IMG/VR virus record: IMGVR_UViG_3300050120_000152
Coordinates: 248,001 to 312,000 of that record
Length of the DNA: 64,000 nt
Reading direction: 5' to 3' (one strand)
Part shown: in pieces, positions 9,079-19,434 of the stretch
Position numbering within the stretch: the first letter of the stretch is position 1
How the letters are laid out: the number at the start of each line of letters is the position of its first letter
Translations under genes and position numbers: made by a program
Notes under the pieces: model-generated
What the model was told of the DNA's origin: nothing
Seen by the model: only the letters and a program-made list of their open reading frames with translations
Database searches by the model: none

Positions 9079-10006
9079 TATTTAACATTTTTGTAAATGC
9101 CTTACCATTGGCAGAAATTCGTTCTAACTGATGCTTACCACAGAATTTTATAAATTGAATTAAATTAAATTTACCACGCGTTTCCATGGCTTTCTTAATG
9201 CAATTAATCATGATGGTTTTTATTTCTGTGGGTTGATTTCTTAATCCCATCAATAATAAATTCTCTTCAAATAATTCCTTAGTTTTATAATGATGTACCT
9301 TTAAATTGCCGTCATCGTCATATACTTCTACATCAAATTCGTGAGCCATAATATTAGTTAACTGAAAATTATCGCCAGCATAGGCTTCATCAATAGCTTT
9401 CTTACGTAGTCTAGGATAACTTGATTGTACATTATCCCCAATATCTCCACGTAAACATTTTTCAAACATGAAATGTTCATAATCGAAATTCCATTCTAAT
9501 AATGTTCGTTCTTTTTCTTTATCAGGTTCTATCAACTTTACATTAGGGTGATTCAGTAATTGCATAAAATCTTTATCGGAACTTATGATGACATGATTAT
9601 CATACGGATAGGCATCAACGAAACCCGCTACAAGATCATCACACTCAAGTAAGTTGTGTTTCAATACTATTAATGATGTATGATCCCGTAAATATTCATA
9701 AAATTCATTGATATGACTGTCAAATACTTCTAACTGTTCTTGTTCTTTTTTAGTAAGATTTTGTCTGCGTTGACCTTTATATTTTTTATGGCTAATCGAA
9801 GCATATTTGGTATATTCTTTTCTCCAAGAGTGGGAGTCGAAGATTGCCACAATTTCATCCGGTTGATATTTTTTATTTAAATATTGTAATGATGTTAGTG
9901 CCGAATGATGACACATACTGATTAATATGTCATCATGCTCTTTTATGTTGGCATAAAAAGTACGATACAACATATTTGATATATCAATTTCTAAATAAGT
10001 TTTCAT
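9059..10006 (-). CDS. rnh: T4-type RNase H / 5'-3' flap exonuclease
   Basis: DISNMLYR, FDSHSWRK, YKGQR, LECDDLV, SSDKDFMQL, LRGDIGDNV. Confidence 0.9.
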   Translation of the reverse strand: MKTYLEIDISNMLYRTFYANIKEHDDILISMCHHSALTSLQYLNKKYQPDEIVAIFDSHSWRKEYTKYASISHKKYKGQRRQNLTKKEQEQLEVFDSHINEFYEYLRDHTSLIVLKHNLLECDDLVAGFVDAYPYDNHVIISSDKDFMQLLNHPNVKLIEPDKEKERTLLEWNFDYEHFMFEKCLRGDIGDNVQSSYPRLRKKAIDEAYAGDNFQLTNIMAHEFDVEVYDDDGNLKVHHYKTKELFEENLLLMGLRNQPTEIKTIMINCIKKAMETRGKFNLIQFIKFCGKHQLERISANGKAFTKMLNTNSLVG

Positions 10007-10284
10007 TCGTTATCCGGTTCTTTACCCATATTCTCTTTAATCATATTACGCACATGTGCTTTTTCAAAAATAGTGAACAAATAACTTTCTATCACTTGTT
10101 CATCTGCTATACCTTTATATCCCTTATCACGTAGTCCCATAATGAATGCATTATTCCAGTCCATTTCGACTTCAATACCTTCAGCATCATCCTTTAATAT
10201 TTTCATATCAAAGAATGGTACTGGTGAAGCCTGTATTTTTTGTGTCTTTTTGTATTTAAAAAACTCTTTAATTGTCTTAAACAT
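10003..10284 (-). CDS. Hypothetical protein in replication operon
   Basis: 93 aa, 4-nt ATGA overlap with rnh start; EMDWN motif. Confidence 0.6.
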   Translation of the reverse strand: MFKTIKEFFKYKKTQKIQASPVPFFDMKILKDDAEGIEVEMDWNNAFIMGLRDKGYKGIADEQVIESYLFTIFEKAHVRNMIKENMGKEPDNE

Positions 10285-10296
10285 AGAAATCCTTGA

Positions 10297-11037
10297 TTAA
10301 TGTTCTGCTATTACATATATATTAAAGGAATTTACGTTCACTCTCAACGCACCCCTATCTGAAATTTGCACAGTTAACTTACCGTCTAAATCAGATGCTG
10401 CCTTAAATAGAGGTAAAATATACTTAATTTCATATTCATGGAAGAAATTTTGTTTGGGTGAATTGGGTAAAATTTCAAATGATTCTGAAACAATATGGTC
10501 AAATAGATCACCTTCTACGTCAGTAGTTTTGAAAACTACATTACCATTTTTTTCATTAGAAAATGATATTTTTGATGTGTTAATAGCTGCAAATGTTTTT
10601 TGCATGATTCGTAATGTATCATCAGAAATAATAAATTCATGACAAAATGGGTCAACAAATTTCTTAGGAGCCTTAATACGTAATGAGTCAAAACATGAAA
10701 ACTCAATTTTAGTTTTTTTATTAGCCATTTGTAGTTTTTTTACCATAACATCCCCATTATCTTTTTCTTTACCATCGAATGACATGGTAATGGGATCGGG
10801 CTCCAGAATGGCAATTCGTGTTCCCAAGGTCTTTACTCTTCCTATACCCAAGGAATCAAATTCTAGATTATCTGGAACATTATCCGTTTCAAGAATGAAT
10901 GTTCCTTTAGAATTATCCATAGCTTGTCCTCGTACAATACCCTTTTCTAAAGCTATTGTATCAATACCGCATAATGAACAGGTTTTAATCAATTTTTGTA
11001 TATATTTTAAAGTTGGTTCGCTTAGCTTTTCCATCAT
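10297..11037 (-). CDS. DNA polymerase sliding clamp (gp45-like)
   Basis: 246 aa clamp-sized two-domain alpha/beta pattern, C-term VQISDRGAL; directly downstream of the polymerase. Confidence 0.65.
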   Translation of the reverse strand: MMEKLSEPTLKYIQKLIKTCSLCGIDTIALEKGIVRGQAMDNSKGTFILETDNVPDNLEFDSLGIGRVKTLGTRIAILEPDPITMSFDGKEKDNGDVMVKKLQMANKKTKIEFSCFDSLRIKAPKKFVDPFCHEFIISDDTLRIMQKTFAAINTSKISFSNEKNGNVVFKTTDVEGDLFDHIVSESFEILPNSPKQNFFHEYEIKYILPLFKAASDLDGKLTVQISDRGALRVNVNSFNIYVIAEH

Positions 11038-11061
11038 TATTCTCGTTAGTTTAGTAGTATA

Positions 11062-13809
11062 TCAGTATTCGAACATTTCGTCTATCAATATGGTTTTGTG
11101 AGTTGGTGCATACTCATCAATAGCATCCAAAATGGATTGTAATGGTTTATCAACCAATCTATCTAATTGGCCTTTACGATCTACTAGTGGTGAAAAATGC
11201 TTTGTGAACCATTCCGGTGGAACCTTTGTATCAGTTGGCAATGCAATACTTTTGAATCTATCAAATTTCTTAGTTAAATAGTATGTTTTAATTTTCATAC
11301 CTGAAACAATTTTTGGAGATTCTTTATCATCATAAATTTCCAAACATTTATTATAAAACATTGCAGCAGCCACATGACCCGGCAATTTAACTTTAGGGCC
11401 ACCCGGAATTTGCTTATTAAATTGATTGGTATAATCTTCAATATTCTTGATTCCTTTAGGTAAACCAATAGAAGTAATCTTATCCTCAATTAGGATATCC
11501 TTATATGCGACAACTCGTTTTGCAATATCCTTCCATGGATTACCCTCTAGTAATTCTTCTACGAACCTAGTTAGCTTTTTGCTAATAGGTTTTGGTATGG
11601 TGGTTTTTTTGATTTGAAGCCCCATGACTTTCATTTTCGGTTTGTCTAACTTAACACCTTCATTATATAAAAGATGCATAACATAATATTTCTTTTTGAT
11701 GAAAATTGAATTATCAGCTATAACGTCCAATTCACCCTTAAGAATAGTATCGAACGTATCATTACACATTAGATATTCGCGAGAAAATGAAACAAGTTCT
11801 TCATTGACTATTGATGCAATAATTTTTGCAGCTTCATAAACCTCATCAATGTCGTCACCTAAATTAACATTATCCAATGAAAAGTAGGTAGAGTCGGTGT
11901 CATTGTAAATGATATTATCATCAGGGAATGTATAATCATCATTGAGATTTTGGGCCGATTGCCATACATGAACATTCTTTCTAGCAATAACGTTAGCTAT
12001 TATCATATTCATGAACATTAAAGCTTCTCTACCTGTTCTGGTAGTTGATTCGGCAATTCGTAAATCAAAAAATCTAAAATAAATGTTACCGATAGCTCCA
12101 TATGCAGAGTTTAATAAGATTTTTTTAATAAACTGTAAACGGTGATAATAATCATATTTTATCTTATATTCATCATATAATTTAACATCATTTTCTGCCA
12201 TCAATATACCTTCTCTGATCATCGGACTATTTTTGTCATATGATGGTGGATTAGGCTTATCTTTATATGAAAGAGTAATGTCTTTCATGAGATTTTTATG
12301 TTTCTTGGCTAAATTCTTATATTCTACGCGCTCTTCGTACCATTCTCGTAGAATATCAGAAATAATACCATTTTTGTTCTGATCAAATACTGTACCATTC
12401 GCGCTTAATGAACACTTTCTTGATTTTAATATATCTTTCCATTCATTGGCTAAATGCGTTTCAGATTCACCATCTTCTTTTATTAAAGTCAATGATTTAC
12501 TAGATTGCATGGTGATTTCTTCGTATGCCACGAAGTTATTATAAAATTGGCCTATGATGGTATCAGGACTGGCATTCAATGCTCTGATAATTGAAGGATA
12601 TAGAGATGAGAAGTCGATTGCTGCTACTTTCTTTTTCATACCCACTTTTGGATATGTAACTAATGCACCAGCAAACTTACCATTATCGGAAGAGTAATCA
12701 CGTTCCTTTGCATCAGGAACAATAAGATTTAGTGTATGGTGACATTTGTTATTAATAGTAGCTTCTACTACTCGGATAGTACCCAATACGTCATTCATTA
12801 ATACCGTGGCTGAATGGTACGTTGCAATAGCAACGCCCATATATCCAAGAACATCTTCAAAACCCTTCAATACCTCAGTATCTCTTACGTTGTATCTGCA
12901 AAATTTAGGGAAATCCTCATAATACAAATCGTACAATGATCCATCATATTCCAATTTGGTCATATGTGGTAAAATTTCTTCGGAAATGGCATCAAGAGTG
13001 AAGGATGGTCTAGTGGTAGTTTCAAATTTCTTGAACATCTCAAGATAGTCGATATGGACACGTCCAAAAATATCGACCTGTAAAGTTTTGCTGCCTTTGA
13101 AAATTTCCACTTCTTTGAGTTTAGGAACTGGAGCATTATGAAATGATAAACGATTAGCCATAGCCTCGCCATAGCGTTCAAGCATTCTCATATAAAGATA
13201 GGGAACGTCAAAGCCCGAGCTATTCCAACCACTGATGATATCGGAATTTTCTATTTCGTCAAGGAATCTCAACAAGAGTTCCTTTTCACTTTTACATACA
13301 ATAATTTCCGATAGTTCATGTAAATCGGCTGGTATGTCTTTCTTAGTCCATTTACCATTATCTGGTAGAATAACTAATAATATCATCTTGTCTAGATGGT
13401 GATGATATATTGATATTGCACTTACTGGTGCATAAGGATTTTCTGGTGAAGAGAAGCCACGATTGGGATCATAATCAACTTCTATGTCGAATAAGGTAAA
13501 ATTTAATTTGCCTGTTGGCTTACCATAATATTGCTCTGATAATACCTTGTAAATAGGATTAATATCTGACTCAAACATTTTAATATTACGATCATGATGA
13601 TCTTTTTTGGCTTCGTAAAACTCATATCCTGTAGAATATTCTAATTTTGATAATGATTTTCCGTTAATATCTTTGTATTTTCCATGCTTATCTTGTACAT
13701 AGAAAAAGTATGGTGCATCGTACATCTTAGTTTCAATTTTATTATTTTCACGTTCCCAAACAAGGACGCTTCTTTTATTTTCTGAAAGTGCTGCCGAAAT
13801 ATATGTCAT
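11062..13809 (-). CDS. Family B DNA polymerase (gp43-like)
   Basis: Exo motifs FDIE, GWNSSGFDVPY, YNVRD; pol motifs DFSSLYPSII, KILLNSAYG, YNDTDS, KKYY. Confidence 0.97.
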   Translation of the reverse strand: MTYISAALSENKRSVLVWERENNKIETKMYDAPYFFYVQDKHGKYKDINGKSLSKLEYSTGYEFYEAKKDHHDRNIKMFESDINPIYKVLSEQYYGKPTGKLNFTLFDIEVDYDPNRGFSSPENPYAPVSAISIYHHHLDKMILLVILPDNGKWTKKDIPADLHELSEIIVCKSEKELLLRFLDEIENSDIISGWNSSGFDVPYLYMRMLERYGEAMANRLSFHNAPVPKLKEVEIFKGSKTLQVDIFGRVHIDYLEMFKKFETTTRPSFTLDAISEEILPHMTKLEYDGSLYDLYYEDFPKFCRYNVRDTEVLKGFEDVLGYMGVAIATYHSATVLMNDVLGTIRVVEATINNKCHHTLNLIVPDAKERDYSSDNGKFAGALVTYPKVGMKKKVAAIDFSSLYPSIIRALNASPDTIIGQFYNNFVAYEEITMQSSKSLTLIKEDGESETHLANEWKDILKSRKCSLSANGTVFDQNKNGIISDILREWYEERVEYKNLAKKHKNLMKDITLSYKDKPNPPSYDKNSPMIREGILMAENDVKLYDEYKIKYDYYHRLQFIKKILLNSAYGAIGNIYFRFFDLRIAESTTRTGREALMFMNMIIANVIARKNVHVWQSAQNLNDDYTFPDDNIIYNDTDSTYFSLDNVNLGDDIDEVYEAAKIIASIVNEELVSFSREYLMCNDTFDTILKGELDVIADNSIFIKKKYYVMHLLYNEGVKLDKPKMKVMGLQIKKTTIPKPISKKLTRFVEELLEGNPWKDIAKRVVAYKDILIEDKITSIGLPKGIKNIEDYTNQFNKQIPGGPKVKLPGHVAAAMFYNKCLEIYDDKESPKIVSGMKIKTYYLTKKFDRFKSIALPTDTKVPPEWFTKHFSPLVDRKGQLDRLVDKPLQSILDAIDEYAPTHKTILIDEMFEY

Positions 13810-13825
13810 TAATTGCCTCTAATAA

Positions 13826-13851
13826 AAAAGCGCAGACTTCTCTGCGCTTTT
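13826..13851. terminator. Hairpin with U-tract in the polymerase leader
   Basis: AAAAGCGCAGA-CTTC-TCTGCGCTTTT, 11-bp stem just upstream of the pol SD (AGAGG). Confidence 0.65.
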
Positions 13852-13880
13852 AGTATGACACATGTTGTTCAGTTAATCAA
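13852..13880 (-). promoter_or_regulatory. Sigma70-type promoter for the polymerase/clamp/rnh operon
   Basis: TTGATT-N17-CATACT with TGn extended -10. Confidence 0.5.
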
Positions 13881-13883
13881 GAT

Positions 13884-14201
13884 TCAGTCTTCATCAGATA
13901 CCGAAGTAGTGGTATCGTTATTATTTGATACCATTATAGCTTCATAAGTATCTTCAATGGCAGTATGCTCTGCACTAACATCTTCAAAATTATGATCTGA
14001 AACGATTTTAGCAATCTTTGGAATGATTTTCTTCGGAATACCATAATCACTGTTGAGGGCAGTTACGAAACCTTTTAATACTTCGCGAGCATCTTTAATT
14101 TCTTGCTGTACGCCAGACATTTCATAAAAAATATCTCTAATTTTCTTCTTTTCTTTTGGATCAGATGGAAGGGTAAATCCTAAATCGACGGGCTTTAACA
14201 T
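13884..14201 (-). CDS. T4 DsbA-like dsDNA-binding protein
   Basis: 105 aa helical; EMSG..QEIKD.RE..K, DYGIPKKII.KIAK, IEDTYE pattern. Confidence 0.65.
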   Translation of the reverse strand: MLKPVDLGFTLPSDPKEKKKIRDIFYEMSGVQQEIKDAREVLKGFVTALNSDYGIPKKIIPKIAKIVSDHNFEDVSAEHTAIEDTYEAIMVSNNNDTTTSVSDED

Positions 14202-14224
14202 TTTATTTTCCTATAGTTAATGTT

Positions 14225-14848
14225 TTAATGAAACCAAGTTCTATAATCACCGGGGAAATCTGTTGGTTTATAGATAAAGGGATCTTTTGCTGTTACATGA
14301 CAGCGAATGCAATTCAAGTTTCCCAATGAAATTTCCGTAAAGGTATTTAAGAAATTATCATTAGCTGGAAACATGAGCATTGTTCCAGCTTTAGGTGTTA
14401 TTGTCAAGTTATGATTAAAAAATTCTAGCTTACCGCCAAAAGATTCCATCAAAGTATCCGTAATAGAAGTATCTTTTGAGGAAGATAAGAAAATCATGAT
14501 GGTAAAATCAATGTCTCTGGATTTTGTCCATTTACCGTTGAAATACATACCATTGTCTGGCTTTGGTGGTTCGCCAAGATAGCCTTCTGTCATCCATTCA
14601 AAATTAAATGGAGATAAATTTAGGGTAATGAAATTATAATAAACTTCGGCTTTATCTAAAAAAGTATCTATACGATCCATTAATCTAATTTCTGCTAATT
14701 GATTAGTTTTTAACGTTTTAATGGGATGGTTTTTAGCATCTCTATTAGGAATAGTATGTTTAAGATTTAATATAATATCCTCACATTCGTTAAATGAAAT
14801 GAAATCTTCTATTAGGATGAAGGGTGAGCGGCTTGGTTTCTGTGACAT
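14225..14848 (-). CDS. 2OG-Fe(II) oxygenase (prolyl-hydroxylase-like) fold, apparently lacking metal ligands
   Basis: IEDFIS..EC, FTIMIFL, FGGKLEF, PKAGTMLMFP; HxD appears as KPD and distal His as Asn. Confidence 0.65.
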   Translation of the reverse strand: MSQKPSRSPFILIEDFISFNECEDIILNLKHTIPNRDAKNHPIKTLKTNQLAEIRLMDRIDTFLDKAEVYYNFITLNLSPFNFEWMTEGYLGEPPKPDNGMYFNGKWTKSRDIDFTIMIFLSSSKDTSITDTLMESFGGKLEFFNHNLTITPKAGTMLMFPANDNFLNTFTEISLGNLNCIRCHVTAKDPFIYKPTDFPGDYRTWFH

Positions 14849-14875
14849 GTTAATAATTCTCTCATATGCTAAACA

Positions 14876-14904
14876 ATATTATCATATGAGAGAATCTATG
14901 TCAA
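14876..14904 (-). promoter_or_regulatory. Sigma70-type promoter
   Basis: TTGACA-N17-TAATAT with TGn extended -10. Confidence 0.65.
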
Positions 14905-14907
14905 CAA

Positions 14908-16938
14908 TTATGGTGGACATGTTCCCCACACTGGTTTTGGTTGTGTCCATGCTGGTGTATTTTGTTTGAAGCCTCCCGGTAAAGTTGGGATATTTGTAAC
15001 GCACCATCCAGATAAATTTTGATTAAATATAGAAGCACCATTAAACATTAATGTCATATCTGTTACATTATGTACATTCCATGAACCTATATTTTGATTA
15101 AAGCTTGTAGATGCGCTAAACATATTACTCATGGAAGTTACGTTGCCAGTATTCCAACCTGAGATATTTGCATTAAATGTTGCATTTCTAGCAAACATGT
15201 GAGCCATTGTAGTTACACTACTCACATCCCAACCTGAAATATCACCATCATAAATAGTTACATCCCCGAATTCATTACCAAACATATAACTCATATCTAT
15301 TACGCTACTGGTATCCCATGCGGTTAAATCCTGTGTAAATGCTGAAGAACCAGAAAACATGTTGTTCATGTCTGTTACACTACTCACATTCCAACCTGAA
15401 ATATCTCCATTAAATATTGTATTATTGGCGAACATATGATCCATAGCTGTAACCGTAGAAGTATCCCATGAAGAAATATCTCCATTAAATATTGTATTAT
15501 TGGCGAACATATTTGACATAGTTAATACATTATGGGTATCCCAACCTGAAATATCTCCATTAAACCCAGAACCGACAAACATGTAACTCATATCAGACAC
15601 ATTTCCAGTATTCCAACCTGAAATATCTTGATTGAAAGCACTTGCTCCTGAAAACATCCCATTCATGTTAGTTACATTACTAGTATTCCATGAAGAAATA
15701 TCTTGGTTAATTGTGCTGTCAGCAAATGTTCCACTCATCGAGGTTACATTACTGGTATCCCAACCTGAAATATCACCAGCGAACACCGTATTACCACCAA
15801 ATAACGAATCTATGTTAGTTATATTTGCTGATAATGTTGTCGGTACATCTGTTATATTACTAGAAATTGAGTAATAATTAATTATATTATTACCCCAATC
15901 AGTTATTGCCACGGTAGTACCTTCATCCATGTCGAAACCAATACTCACATAATTACCATATATTTTCACAGTATAATTTTCAATAGCATCATATACGTGA
16001 GAATATCCACTATCACATCCAACATCACCTTCCTCACCAGAGCCGTCTGGTATAGAATCTACATTTCCATCGCCCCAATCAATAGAAGCTGAGTTAGAAG
16101 CACCGCATCCATAAAATGTGCAATTTTGTATTTCAGTAAAGTCAAGAGTAAATGGGGTAGATGAACCAACTGATGGAGTAGGAGTTGGTACGTTTGCAAC
16201 AGGTAATTGTTTAACATCTATTATACTAAAATTATATGTCGTACCCTTGGCTGCTGGGAGTGCATAATTTGGGCTATCAAACAAGTAAACTTTAATTGTT
16301 CCACCAGATGTATTAGAAGTTGTTTTGAATGATGATCTAAAACTTCCGCTAAACTGTTCTTTTAAATTAAAGACGATAATGGGTGATCCATCTTGCAAAT
16401 CTAATTCTATTCTTATAAATTGGCAGGTGCCCTCATTAAATCTTACATAAAATTCATAAATTTGCGATGCTGATAAGTTTAATGGCGCAGTGAAATTAAC
16501 TGAACCATTATTATTAAAATTTGATTTAAATTGTAAGGAATTATCATTATTGATGATAATCGATCCATTGGTAGCTGTCCACATGATACCATCAGTTAAA
16601 TCTGGATAATTAGTGGCGGAACTTGAGGGGGTGGGAGTAGGAGTCTGGGTCGCTTTCGGTGTTCTGGTTATAGCTGGTGTTGGCGATGATGTAATAGTAG
16701 GAGTAGGAGTAACTAATCGCTGTTTAGCCAATTCGGCATAACTTAATAATGGATACAATTGTGAATGGGAATGGGTTTCGTTTAAACCAGTATCATCCAT
16801 TAAGACTTCATAGCTCATTTCATCATCGACTATGCCACTTACAATAGCCACTTTGCCACTACGATAAACTAATTCTATACTTAATACCCAAGCAAAATCA
16901 CCAACATTATATATGTATCCATGTATATTATAATTCAT
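14908..16938 (-). CDS. Probable virion surface protein: Thr/Pro linkers, PKD-like domain and BspA/DUF285 repeats
   Basis: About 10 repeats of F(N)xDISxWxTSxVTxMxxMF; SIDWGDG PKD-like motif; TPTPT tracts. Start placed at ATG 16938, overlapping the upstream stop. Confidence 0.8.
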   Translation of the reverse strand: MNYNIHGYIYNVGDFAWVLSIELVYRSGKVAIVSGIVDDEMSYEVLMDDTGLNETHSHSQLYPLLSYAELAKQRLVTPTPTITSSPTPAITRTPKATQTPTPTPSSSATNYPDLTDGIMWTATNGSIIINNDNSLQFKSNFNNNGSVNFTAPLNLSASQIYEFYVRFNEGTCQFIRIELDLQDGSPIIVFNLKEQFSGSFRSSFKTTSNTSGGTIKVYLFDSPNYALPAAKGTTYNFSIIDVKQLPVANVPTPTPSVGSSTPFTLDFTEIQNCTFYGCGASNSASIDWGDGNVDSIPDGSGEEGDVGCDSGYSHVYDAIENYTVKIYGNYVSIGFDMDEGTTVAITDWGNNIINYYSISSNITDVPTTLSANITNIDSLFGGNTVFAGDISGWDTSNVTSMSGTFADSTINQDISSWNTSNVTNMNGMFSGASAFNQDISGWNTGNVSDMSYMFVGSGFNGDISGWDTHNVLTMSNMFANNTIFNGDISSWDTSTVTAMDHMFANNTIFNGDISGWNVSSVTDMNNMFSGSSAFTQDLTAWDTSSVIDMSYMFGNEFGDVTIYDGDISGWDVSSVTTMAHMFARNATFNANISGWNTGNVTSMSNMFSASTSFNQNIGSWNVHNVTDMTLMFNGASIFNQNLSGWCVTNIPTLPGGFKQNTPAWTQPKPVWGTCPP

Positions 16939-17347
16939 TATTTTTAGCCAATTGTATGATTTCACCATCATTACAGGATATAGCTAATTTAAATTCTATA
17001 TTTTTGGTACCATCTTCAAAATTTATGGGAAGGGTTACGTGTGCTTCATTATCCATTTCACATAAATTGGTCATAATTTCTTTACCTAATAGTGATATTT
17101 TACCAGAACCACAAGCATTTTTCAAACTTTCATATGAGTCCACATATAAAACGTTATCAGAGCCATAGACCACATTAATAATAGGAGATTCGCTTAAACA
17201 ATCAATAGTAACTTTAGTTGATACTGTAACAGGCTCATCTTCTATTGCTTCCACAATAGAAGATTTAAATTCAACCTCAGAATGTGCTAAATCTATATTC
17301 TCGGTAATAATATATTTTAATAATTTTTCTAAATTTTCAAATTTCAT
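16928..17347 (-). CDS. Hypothetical protein, possible head-packaged
   Basis: Translationally coupled to 17347..18909; N-term ends KYIITE. Confidence 0.55.
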   Translation of the reverse strand: MKFENLEKLLKYIITENIDLAHSEVEFKSSIVEAIEDEPVTVSTKVTIDCLSESPIINVVYGSDNVLYVDSYESLKNACGSGKISLLGKEIMTNLCEMDNEAHVTLPINFEDGTKNIEFKLAISCNDGEIIQLAKNNEL

Positions 17348-18909
17348 TAATTTAGTCCATTATTTACGGCTGCTTGTCCATTGGGTGCACCGGGAGCGGG
17401 CTGTCCAGTAGGGTTTTGTGGGTTTTGCGGAGGTTGAGGGTTTTGTGGATTCTGTGGATTCTGGTTATTTTGTTGGGGATTCTGTTGATGTTTAGCTTCA
17501 TCGGCATTATATTGTGTAGTCAATTGAGCAGCCTTTATTCTAGCATTTAATTGATCAGTATCACATTGAAACATAGCTTTTTTGTAAGCTTGTGTTTCAG
17601 CATCATCAGTCGGAACTATTTTATATTTGTCCTGTAACTGAAGCTTTTGTTTTTGTAATGTTTGAACATTATCGAATTGATCTTCATTTAACATTTTTAC
17701 CGCATCCAATAGAAACGATTTTGATTCGAATGCTGAATCTCCACCATTCTGACCTTTGCTAACATTATATCGAGCTAATTCAGCATATTTCTTTGCTTCT
17801 TTTGCTTTTTTCTTTTGAGCTTCTACTTCTGCACCAACTCTAGCCAACTCTTCTTGACGTTTTACTTCATGATCAGACGCGATAGCTGACCATTCAGCCT
17901 GTTTGGCACGCGCTTCTTCAGCAGCGGCTTCAGCTTGGGCTTCTTGGGCATTGGCTTGAGCTTTAAGCATGGCTACAATACTCTTAAGAATTGATTCTTC
18001 GCCGTCACCTTCCGGTTCAGTACCAAAATCTTCTACATTATCGCCTTCACCATTTTCATCACCCATACCCGGATTTAGCTCGTCGGCAGCACCTTGTACG
18101 CCCGATTCCTGACCTTGTGTGTTAGGTTCTCCCATTCCGCCTATATCAGCCCCTTGGTCGTCCATCGGAGTACTATTAGCATCCATATTAGGCTGTTCTA
18201 AGGAATTATTATCGCCCATACCACCAGCGTCACCATCCATTTCATCACTACCGTCGCCAAATTGATCAAATGATTTGTCAAAACCCGCAGTATCATCGTC
18301 ATCGGGGCTTACACCAGTATCAGGCTCTTTTGATGCCATATCAGCATTATAAACTACATCTTTTGGAATGATAGGAAAATCCACGGTAATAATTTCAAAT
18401 TTATCTCTCAAATTATATAAAATTTCAGCAAGAGAATTACCTTGTAAATTGATACCATTTTTCTTATTATCTTTATTATCAGCTAATTGAACCGCAATGG
18501 TTTCTTCAAATTCTTTAGCTTGATCACCGCGCACAGTAATACGCATGATATTACCTTTATCATCTTCTACGCCATAAGAAACCACACCCACATCATTTCC
18601 TGATGATTCGGTATCAGCATTTTTCAATCGTGATACAATATCGTTCATATCAAAATCTTCATTGGTTCTTCTACGTAATAACCATGCTTTGAAACCAGTT
18701 TTTTTCTTTTTAGCTTTGACGCGATCAAGCTCTGCACGCATTTTGGAATATTTTTCTTCATCAGCCTTTTCTTTAGGCGCATTTGCTCTCCAAACATGTT
18801 CACTACTTTTATGTTCTCGGCGGCTGTCACCAGATGGATTAGCTGCTATTGATCCAGCGCCTATTGATCCACCCATTGCGGTTTCTTGTAAATATTTTTT
18901 GAAACTCAT
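17347..18909 (-). CDS. Acidic low-complexity/coiled-coil protein, probable internal head protein
   Basis: N-term MSFKKYLQE resembles T4 capsid-targeting peptide; D/E/G-rich middle; QNP repeats; CATAAATA at 18935-18942. Confidence 0.55.
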   Translation of the reverse strand: MSFKKYLQETAMGGSIGAGSIAANPSGDSRREHKSSEHVWRANAPKEKADEEKYSKMRAELDRVKAKKKKTGFKAWLLRRRTNEDFDMNDIVSRLKNADTESSGNDVGVVSYGVEDDKGNIMRITVRGDQAKEFEETIAVQLADNKDNKKNGINLQGNSLAEILYNLRDKFEIITVDFPIIPKDVVYNADMASKEPDTGVSPDDDDTAGFDKSFDQFGDGSDEMDGDAGGMGDNNSLEQPNMDANSTPMDDQGADIGGMGEPNTQGQESGVQGAADELNPGMGDENGEGDNVEDFGTEPEGDGEESILKSIVAMLKAQANAQEAQAEAAAEEARAKQAEWSAIASDHEVKRQEELARVGAEVEAQKKKAKEAKKYAELARYNVSKGQNGGDSAFESKSFLLDAVKMLNEDQFDNVQTLQKQKLQLQDKYKIVPTDDAETQAYKKAMFQCDTDQLNARIKAAQLTTQYNADEAKHQQNPQQNNQNPQNPQNPQPPQNPQNPTGQPAPGAPNGQAAVNNGLN

Positions 18910-18948
18910 TTGTTTATTCCGTTATATTTCATTATATTTATGCCCGCA

Positions 18949-19434
18949 TTATCTAAACAGGGTTTTTTCTGTAGCAATTATGAACTCTATACCATGCTGA
19001 CTACACCATGCAGTGGCTGCTGACCATTTAGCTGTATTAACAGCATATGCATAGTTTTCTTGAAGCTTTATTGTGGGTTTTTTGGATTTAGATGGTTTAG
19101 TTTGTTTTTCGGGTTTTATTTCAATTAATTGTCGTTTCTCATTACCATGAGAATCAATAAATTCTACATATATATCGGGGAAATAATTAGCTTTACGCAT
19201 AGAGGCTTTACCATTAACCAAAATAGGTTTCATATATGGTATGGGAAATGGTTCAGATGCCCAACCTATAATATGAGGATTTTCATCTAAAAAAATAAAA
19301 ACTCGTTTTTCCCATGATGATCTAAATATTATTTTATCGAAATCGCCAATATACTTATATGTATTTTTTGGTATAAAATAATTTGCATGATGAGAAGTTC
19401 TTGTTAATTTGGGTTTATTTAGGGATAATGCCAT
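18949..19434 (-). CDS. Head completion nuclease (gp4-like, TnsA fold)
   Basis: FRSSWE, WASEPF.IPY, YFPDI, LIEIKP.KQT, N.AKW.AA, F.I.TE. Confidence 0.9.
   Translation of the reverse strand: MALSLNKPKLTRTSHHANYFIPKNTYKYIGDFDKIIFRSSWEKRVFIFLDENPHIIGWASEPFPIPYMKPILVNGKASMRKANYFPDIYVEFIDSHGNEKRQLIEIKPEKQTKPSKSKKPTIKLQENYAYAVNTAKWSAATAWCSQHGIEFIIATEKTLFR

Noticed and set aside
11062-13809. Intein or intron in the DNA polymerase
   Set aside because: Continuous 915 aa ORF without splicing motifs; only a short insertion in the fingers region
14908-15900. DUF285 repeats as a CRISPR array or DGR template/variable pair
   Set aside because: Repeats are in-frame protein repeats without unique spacers; no cas or reverse transcriptase gene in the window
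18949-19434. TnsA-like protein as a Tn7 transposon component
   Set aside because: Motifs and context match T4 gp4 head completion nuclease; no other tns genes
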